Shown here: positions 30,062-36,453 of the stretch, piece by piece
How the letters are laid out: each line of letters starts with the position of its first letter
Numbering within the stretch: the first letter of the stretch is position 1
Virus record (IMG/VR): IMGVR_UViG_3300035698_029335
Span: 1-64,000 of that record
Source of the DNA: a virus
Reading direction: 5' to 3' (one strand)
DNA: 64,000 nucleotides
The notes under the pieces: generated by a model
What the model was told of the DNA's origin: nothing
The model's database searches: none
The model's input: only the letters and a program-made list of their open reading frames with translations
Translations under genes and position numbers: made by a program

Positions 30062-31303
30062 TTAGTAGTCGATAGCCACTACTTTTTCGTGAGTAGTGAA
30101 GTATGGATCTTTGGCTCCTCGAGAGTCAGTCATCCACAGTCTAGTACACTTTGAATTGATGGGCTTTTCAGCATACATATCTGTCAATACAATGCAGCCA
30201 TCAAAGCTTCGCTCGTTGATATATCGCGCAGGTGCATTGAAATCAGTACCACCACACATCACTCGTTCGTGCGCCTTTCGTTCGTTCTTCTTCCAAATAT
30301 ACACCAAGTTGTCATCAACAACTGTGTCGAAAGGTACAACAGTGAATTCTGCCACTTCTGCAAGCTTATTCAATTCACTATAGAACGCTGACAACATCAT
30401 GTCGCTGACTGAGCCAGACTGATCGATTGCGATTGCGATCTTTGCAGTTCTGAGGGTTTTTCGTCCGCTGTGAATGTATGGGTATCTACGGTTAATCTTC
30501 TTGACTGAAGATTGGTGGCTTGATCGTTGTGAGGTCTTCACAAAGTAACGAAGTACCGACTTCCAATCAACCTTTGGAGTGATTCGGTCAATGATTTCTT
30601 GGCGCATGCTCGATGACACCGTGCCCCAACCACCCTTCATGCTTTGTTGCGCAGCTGAGGATATCGCCCCTTTCAATCGCTGCCTTGCAAGTTCCTTGAT
30701 AGCCTCTGGGATCTTTCCGTCTTTCGACCAGCCATTGTGGGAATCAAACCCCTCACCATTGCCGTCGCTGTCACCCTCACCGCCTTCGCCGTCGCTTGGC
30801 TGACCTCCTGGAATCCTTATTCCCTTCACTCCGAGACCAGATTTGAAATACCACTCTGCAGATTTCCCGCGCGGCATTTTCAACTTTTCTGGCAAGATTG
30901 CCTTAGCGTAAAGTTTCTTGATGTCGTCTCTGGGTTGGGCGGGGAAAATTTCGCTATTGATCGCTGCATCGGTCGCATAGTTCCATCGCTTTGTCATGCC
31001 TTCGGCAGGCATGCGTTCAGTGACATGTCCCAGGACGAGGTGCAGGAATTCATGAATCAAAACAAGCCTGATCTCTGCATCAGTGAGCTTGGAGAAGAAG
31101 TCGGCATTATATAGCATATCAAAACGCCCACTATGTGGGTTGACCCGAACTCCTGCAGTCGGAATCATCGTCGTAGGCGATTTAGTGACATGGCGGGAGA
31201 GTGCAGCATAGAATGGCTCTTCAGCCAAGAGTCGAGCAACGTGCATGTTCAGATCGAAAGTCATCTTTTTTCCTTTTGGTTCTGGTGATCTGCCTGGAAA
31301 CAT
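30062..31303 (-). CDS. DUF2201-type metallopeptidase plus vWA-domain protein
   Basis: IPTAGV, LIHEFLHLVLGH, WNYATDAAIN, IDQSGSV (MIDAS), GGTDF and VLTD; probable start MTFDL at 31264. Confidence 0.88.
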   Translation of the reverse strand: MFPGRSPEPKGKKMTFDLNMHVARLLAEEPFYAALSRHVTKSPTTMIPTAGVRVNPHSGRFDMLYNADFFSKLTDAEIRLVLIHEFLHLVLGHVTERMPAEGMTKRWNYATDAAINSEIFPAQPRDDIKKLYAKAILPEKLKMPRGKSAEWYFKSGLGVKGIRIPGGQPSDGEGGEGDSDGNGEGFDSHNGWSKDGKIPEAIKELARQRLKGAISSAAQQSMKGGWGTVSSSMRQEIIDRITPKVDWKSVLRYFVKTSQRSSHQSSVKKINRRYPYIHSGRKTLRTAKIAIAIDQSGSVSDMMLSAFYSELNKLAEVAEFTVVPFDTVVDDNLVYIWKKNERKAHERVMCGGTDFNAPARYINERSFDGCIVLTDMYAEKPINSKCTRLWMTDSRGAKDPYFTTHEKVVAIDY

Positions 31304-31330
31304 TATAGCAGATCATTGTGGTTATGTCAA
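31302..31330 (-). promoter_or_regulatory. Sigma70-type promoter, GATC-box class
   Basis: TTGACA taaccacaatGATCtgc TATAAT (perfect consensus hexamers). Confidence 0.85.
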
Positions 31331-31427
31331 ATACGTTTCCCAAGTATCTTTTTCAGTTTACATCTGCGATGATCTCGGAAACTTTTCTAATATCTTCAGA
31401 TTTCATAATGATCCCTGCCTTTCAAAG

Positions 31428-31456
31428 ATCGTAACAAATCATTCTCCTGTTGTCAA
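31428..31456 (-). promoter_or_regulatory. Sigma70-type promoter, GATC-box variant (GATT)
   Basis: TTGACA acaggagaatGATTtgt TACGAT. Confidence 0.6.
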
Positions 31457-31582
31457 CGCTTTGCTTATCATGGTGGCGGAATAGTCACAATGCCCACTAT
31501 TGAAAGTAATCTCTTCCATTGTACCGTCACTCATTGCGAAGAACGGGTCACCAATCTCAAACTGCATAAATACCTCCTTGCT

Positions 31583-31611
31583 AGGATATCAGATCATCTC
31601 ACTTCTGTCAA
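31583..31611 (-). promoter_or_regulatory. Sigma70-type promoter, GATC-box class
   Basis: TTGACA gaagtgagatGATCtga TATCCT. Confidence 0.7.
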
Positions 31612-31622
31612 CAACTACTCGT

Positions 31623-31650
31623 AAAGAAAAAGAGGGGCTTGCGCCCCCCT
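31623..31650 (-). terminator. Intrinsic terminator after the AAA ATPase gene
   Basis: AGGGG-gcgcaag-CCCCT followed by CTTTTTCTTT on the minus strand. Confidence 0.7.
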
Positions 31651-31671
31651 CAATCACCATTCAACTACTTC

Positions 31672-32814
31672 CTAGCTCTTAGCAGCTGCTTCTTCAGCCT
31701 CTTTCTTGGCTTGCATCCCAGTCAACAACTCACGAAGGTAAATAGAGACAGCTGTTTTCTTGCCATTAATAGTCACAGGTTGTGCATGCAAAGCAACAGT
31801 GTTTTCCGTCGGACCAACATTGAGTCCTCCCCAGATCTTCATGGCTGCTTCCGATGGCAAGGTGATGAAGTATTCACCAAGATTCTTGATCTGCTTCTTG
31901 GTCAACTTCTTAGCGAGCGACTCCATTGTTGCCATCTTCTCGATCAAGGTCAAGTGCTCAATAAGACCGTAGTCTTTAGTCAGCTCGAGCTTACCCTTGT
32001 CGATGATGTCAGCTGGCGACACTTGACGGTCATAAGATCCGAAGAAGTCTGAGAACGCACAGGCTGCTTCAAACCCTACATAGCCAAGAGACAGAAGACG
32101 AATCTTATCGCTCCACTCTTCGAGCAGCCCTGATTCTCGCATGGTGTCATTCAGACGCTTCCAGGAGCGTCGCGAAGGGTACTTCTTATTTGCCACGAAG
32201 TCATCCTTCGCGTTCTCAAGGTGAGGAATGTTCTGATTCACGAAATCAAGAACAACCTTGTCGAGGTTATTATGCCCCAGCTCTCTGCCATCGGCATCAC
32301 GAGCAGGAGCTTTGCCCCATTGCATCCAATCTTCAACAGAAGGAGAAATGTCGTATACAGTCCAGCGATCGAGTTCTGCCGGATCCATCTCACCAACTTG
32401 ATATTGTGCCCCCTCGTCACCCCCATTAACTGCCGCGACTACCAAAGTGTCCTTGTGTAGGGCAAAGCCGTTGAGCTTTCGCGAGTCAGTAAGCTCGAAG
32501 ATGCCTTGACGTACTTCGATTACGGCACGGTCAACTTCATCGAGGAACAACATTACTGGGCTGCAGCATGCATCTTTAAACCAGTCTGGCGGGTTCCAAG
32601 CCGTTGCTGCATCTTCAATAGTCGGCAACCCAACCAGGTCACCTTCAGTCATTTGTGAGGCACGTCGTTCGACGACGCGAAGACCAAGATCTGCAGCTGC
32701 TTGGTAGACGACCTCAGATTTACCAATTCCATGTCGACCACGGATCATTAGCGGGTGCTTTGCTTCAAATACGAATGGAGCGATTTCACGGAACGTAGCA
32801 AAGTCAATCTTCAT
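31672..32814 (-). CDS. MoxR-like AAA+ ATPase
   Basis: GRHGIGKS Walker A, GDLVGLP, LFLDEVDRA Walker B, MDPAELDRW and PSRRSW. Confidence 0.92.
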   Translation of the reverse strand: MKIDFATFREIAPFVFEAKHPLMIRGRHGIGKSEVVYQAAADLGLRVVERRASQMTEGDLVGLPTIEDAATAWNPPDWFKDACCSPVMLFLDEVDRAVIEVRQGIFELTDSRKLNGFALHKDTLVVAAVNGGDEGAQYQVGEMDPAELDRWTVYDISPSVEDWMQWGKAPARDADGRELGHNNLDKVVLDFVNQNIPHLENAKDDFVANKKYPSRRSWKRLNDTMRESGLLEEWSDKIRLLSLGYVGFEAACAFSDFFGSYDRQVSPADIIDKGKLELTKDYGLIEHLTLIEKMATMESLAKKLTKKQIKNLGEYFITLPSEAAMKIWGGLNVGPTENTVALHAQPVTINGKKTAVSIYLRELLTGMQAKKEAEEAAAKS

Positions 32815-32860
32815 TTCTCATCCTTTAGCAGAGAGTGGTTTGTTTGTCTCTCTTGGAACC

Positions 32861-32889
32861 AGTCTATCAGATCATTTCTAATGTGTCAA
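32861..32889 (-). promoter_or_regulatory. Sigma70-type promoter, GATC-box class
   Basis: TTGACA cattagaaatGATCtga TAGACT. Confidence 0.75.
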
Positions 32890-33025
32890 CGTTCCTGGTG
32901 GTGTTTTTTATTCTTCTTTATAAACAGATAGTTATGCGGCTGTAGCTCTTATTTCTGTTCCTCCACAGTTCCTCTTTAAGGCTGCGCAGGGGAATGATCA
33001 CTTTTGAGATCAAAAAAGCCAGACA

Positions 33026-33381
33026 TCAGCCTGGCAGTCTTCCGTCATATTTATCGAAGTCGCTTTCCCACATCTCCGCCACCGTATATCCTTGTTCTTG
33101 CAGAGCCTTTTTTCTTTTCAGCCACTCGTTGTGTAATGCACCATATTTTTTTTGACAACCGGGTTTGTTCCCTCAGCTAGGTATTTGTCTGGCGAGTGTG
33201 CCGAGCGCACATTGGGCAACCTGCTGCACTACTTATGTGATTGCTAGGTGATTGCATAAAGACTCCGTGTTCTAAGCACACTATCTTTACTTTTGTGCGC
33301 GCCCTTGTAGTCAGTCAAATTATAGTTATAAGTGCCTTTGTGCACTAACCTAGCTCGTTTGATAAACTCATCTGTAGTCAT
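33026..33381 (-). pseudogene. Decayed paralog of the homing endonuclease at 17195-18415
   Basis: MTTDEFIKRARLVH...(frameshift) KVKIVCLEHGVFMQSPSNH...GCPMC...(deletion) KYGALHNEWLKRKKALQEQGYTVAEMWESDFD; the catalytic D...E region is missing. Confidence 0.85.
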
Positions 33382-33392
33382 TGTTCTCCTAC

Positions 33393-34472
33393 TCATTCTT
33401 GATCCCACTTCCTGAACATCGAGACCTGATACCAGTCATCATCCTGGGTGGTGTACTTCTGACATGTGACATACTCTCCATTCCATTGGAAGGCTGGAGC
33501 GCCGTCGCCCCATTGTACAGCCATCGCAACGATAAGTTTAAATTCTCCTTTGAGACCAAAGTTCGCCCAACTTTCCCCTGTCAATTGTACAAGATCACCT
33601 ATTTCAATTTCTTGTTCACTCATGGGATGTATACATTACTTACAATGGTGGCTGAGTAGTCTTCGTAGCCACTTACGTAAGTTTCTTTACAATAAATGCT
33701 CAGGTAGTCGTAGATGTTGCCACTATCATAAGCAATTCTCGGGTGCTTCCCCACACCAATGATAAGTGTCATTGTGTTGTACAACTCTGGAAAGTCACTC
33801 CGCCATGTAAGCCCAGTCAACTGCACAAGATCACCTATTTCGAATTCTTGCTCTTTCATGGTTTATATACTTTGCTTACAATAGTGGCTGCCCACCTTTC
33901 ATTGACGTAATACAATTCGCCATTGTTAATAAACGCTGGTCCAAACATGTCTGATGTTGTTAATAATACAACGCTATCTTTAAGTTCTCCCCACCAATCT
34001 GCACCAGTTAATCTTACCAAGTCTCCTATTTCAAACTCTTGTTTTTTCATGGTCTACATACCTTACTTACAATAGTGGCTGAGAAGTCGGTTTCGTATTC
34101 ATCATAATAATAAATACTCCAGGTTTGCCGACAGGTCGAGAATGAGCCAACTGGAAATACCGGATCACCTTCAGCGTCATAACCAGTAATTCTGACCAGT
34201 CAGAATTACCAGGTCACCTATTTCAATTTTTTGTTCACTCATGGATTGTATACCTTACTTACAACTGTAACTTCCCATTCCTCGCCAACATAATATTTTT
34301 CACAATCAATAGGATCACAAAAACATGGCTGATAGGAGTTATTGAGTGACGTTATCAATACAGTTTTGTTTTTAACTTCTTCCCACCAAGCATCACCAGT
34401 CAATTGTACAAGATCACCTATTTCAATTTCTTGCTCTTTCATGGTTTATATACTTTGCTTACAATAGTGGCT
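33393..34472 (-). repeat. Tandem array of five ATGA-coupled GDLV mini-genes joined by ~77-bp direct repeats
   Basis: Repeats at ~33577-33653, 33813-33889, 34004-34080, ~34196-34270 and 34396-34472; genes 33393-33623, 33620-33859, 33856-34050, 34047-34242 (frameshifted) and 34239-34442. Confidence 0.9.
34047..34242 (-). pseudogene. Array cassette interrupted by a 13-nt insertion
   Basis: MSEQKIEIGDLV... and ...FSATIVSKVCRP are in different frames; the span is 196 nt = 183 + 13. Confidence 0.8.
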
Positions 34473-35121
34473 ATAGTTTATACTTTTTAATGTCGCGCTC
34501 CTCTACCGTTACAGCACAAGTTCCACCAACAGGCATCAAGAGGTATTTTTTCGCCCCCATTGCATGAGATGTTGGGACCTGGTGGTTAGAAGCAACGACG
34601 AGAGCGGCTTTCCACTCTGCAATATCTTTGAGGTGCTTCTTCAGAGTAACAAGCGCACCATCAGCGAACTTTGGCTTTTCAGTGTATGCTATATAATAGC
34701 CTTCTGCGTACTTGCTGTGCACAAATTGCTTGTAAGTTCTCCTTGGCACAACATAGTCTTCTTCTTCAAAAATCCTGCTTATTAGTGCGCCCCAATAGCC
34801 AGTCTGATTGAGTTTGTTTGTCTCAAAGTAGAACTTAGCCATGATCATTGCACGTGGTCGCAATTCTGTTAAGTAATCACGCTTGTGCTTTTCTTCAAGC
34901 GCTAAGTAAGCCGGAGCGGTAGTTTCTTCGATTTTCTCAAAAGTTTTCATTTGCGCGTAGCTGAGATCACCATATTTTCGAAGAGTTTGCTCAATAGACT
35001 CAAGAAATTTCTTGTTCCACTCCGAAGTGTTGTCGGAGAGGGCTTCTGCTGTGTTTTGAATTCTCTCAAGGATCTGGTCAGGCATTCTAAACTCCTCTGT
35101 ATGTATACTCCATCTTATCAC
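34471..35121 (-). CDS. Hypothetical protein with SH3-like C-terminus
   Basis: 216-aa ORF; KFADGALVTL...ALVV...YLLM...VEERDIKK. Confidence 0.55.
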   Translation of the reverse strand: MIRWSIHTEEFRMPDQILERIQNTAEALSDNTSEWNKKFLESIEQTLRKYGDLSYAQMKTFEKIEETTAPAYLALEEKHKRDYLTELRPRAMIMAKFYFETNKLNQTGYWGALISRIFEEEDYVVPRRTYKQFVHSKYAEGYYIAYTEKPKFADGALVTLKKHLKDIAEWKAALVVASNHQVPTSHAMGAKKYLLMPVGGTCAVTVEERDIKKYKL

Positions 35122-35360
35122 GGATCACTTTGAGAGTCAACCTCCATTTCCTCGCACGCCACCAACAAGCGCAGGCAGCGCAGCGCTATGTATTGTGGTC
35201 TCCTGGCTTTTCGAAACTTAACTACAAACCATGCCGATGGTAATACTGGCTTCTCAGTGACTACGCCGACGTCGCTCTGCAAATACCCAAAGAGACTGGT
35301 CGAATATTTGTCATCAGCTATGCATACCAAGTCGCCAACACTAATATCTTCTCGGTTCAT
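35118..35360 (-). CDS. GDLV-family small protein
   Basis: ISVGDLVCI...VGVVTE...VVKF...LRLL. Confidence 0.6.
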   Translation of the reverse strand: MNREDISVGDLVCIADDKYSTSLFGYLQSDVGVVTEKPVLPSAWFVVKFRKARRPQYIALRCLRLLVACEEMEVDSQSDP

Positions 35361-36244
35361 AGTTCACGCTCACGCACTTTACTTGCAAGAGTGGCTGTAT
35401 AATCGATCGCGTATTTGTGGACCCTAATCAATAGAATGTCTTTGGTAGCTACATACTTTTCGAGCATCAGATCTTTCTTTTGTACAACTTCAAGCTGCCC
35501 ATGTATTTCTCTAAAATGATGTGGACCATCAACTTCTATTATCACCTTCATCCTTTTCGCATATATATCTATTTGCTTTCTCGACGTCAAGTTCATATCG
35601 AATAATACACTTTTTATCTGCCTGTTACTCTTAAAATCATATGTCGGAAATCTTTCCTTAATGTACATATACATCCACTTCTCTGGTTTAGACTTATACT
35701 TGTGCATTTGCTTTATACATTTGTTGTAGAAATCTTCTGGATTTTCTTTCCTCCATCGAGCAAGTACTTCAGCTCTCTTGTCTTGCACATCTTGTCTGGC
35801 TGAAGTTTTCATTGCTGTCTTTGAAGCACGTTCTCTAAAATCCTCTCTTTTGTTCAGATTCCCAAGGAGTCTTGAGCGGCGAAGCCTCTCGGCAGGATTA
35901 GCCATTATCGATTTTGTTACAACTTGACCCATCCTAAGTTTTGCCTTCTCGGTCATGGTTTCATACCCCATCTCTTTACATCTGCTATTACTGCAGTTGT
36001 GCTCCTCCTTATAGTGTGGCGACAAATCGGCAGATACAAAGCTGCACAACTCACACGCTATAAGGTCTCCCAATTCTACACCCCTTTCCTTACAAAGCTC
36101 ACAAACGTATCTGTGATTGAAGAAAGCCTTTATACTGTATAGTTCATAATCGCAAGCTACAGCAGTTCCAAACCTCTCTTCGCAATCTCTCTTATTGGCA
36201 GCTTTTCTCCGCATTTTGTCCTGAATTTGTGATCTTTCGTGCAT
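35357..36244 (-). mobile_element. Free-standing Vsr/DUF559-like homing endonuclease next to the dnaE N-fragment
   Basis: SKPEK...QIDIY....VIIEVDGPHHF...KKD...LIRV; N-terminal CxxC...HxxxxH; start uncertain. Confidence 0.75.
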
Positions 36245-36453
36245 CTTATTACTCTCCCGTCACTTAAAGTATACTTATACACTTTTTTGACGCCGTTTTT
36301 ATGTCTCTTTTTGACAGGGAGAAAAATATCCTTTTTCGTCTTTTCAGAGCGCGAACGCACAATATCACCTGGCAGTACGTCAATAATCCTCTTATCACAC
36401 AAAACATCACCACCGTCACTATAAATAGTAACCAGTTCATCAAAGTGCAAGCA
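36157..36453 (-). mobile_element. Split intein N-fragment (98 aa) of DnaE
   Basis: CLHFDELV (block A), GRVIRCTKDHKF (block B TxxH), then stop. Confidence 0.93.

Noticed and set aside
33577-34472. CRISPR array
   Set aside because: The repeats (~77 bp) and spacers (~115-160 bp) are too long, the repeats are degenerate and protein-coding, and no cas genes are in the window.
33393-34472. Diversity-generating retroelement
   Set aside because: No reverse transcriptase is in the window and the differences are not confined to adenines; whole cores differ.
36157-36244. Read-through or fusion of DnaE IntN into the downstream endonuclease, giving a contiguous intein
   Set aside because: The DnaE frame hits TAG and then TAA within a few codons, and the endonuclease has no IntC motif at its end; the IntC is 12 kb away.
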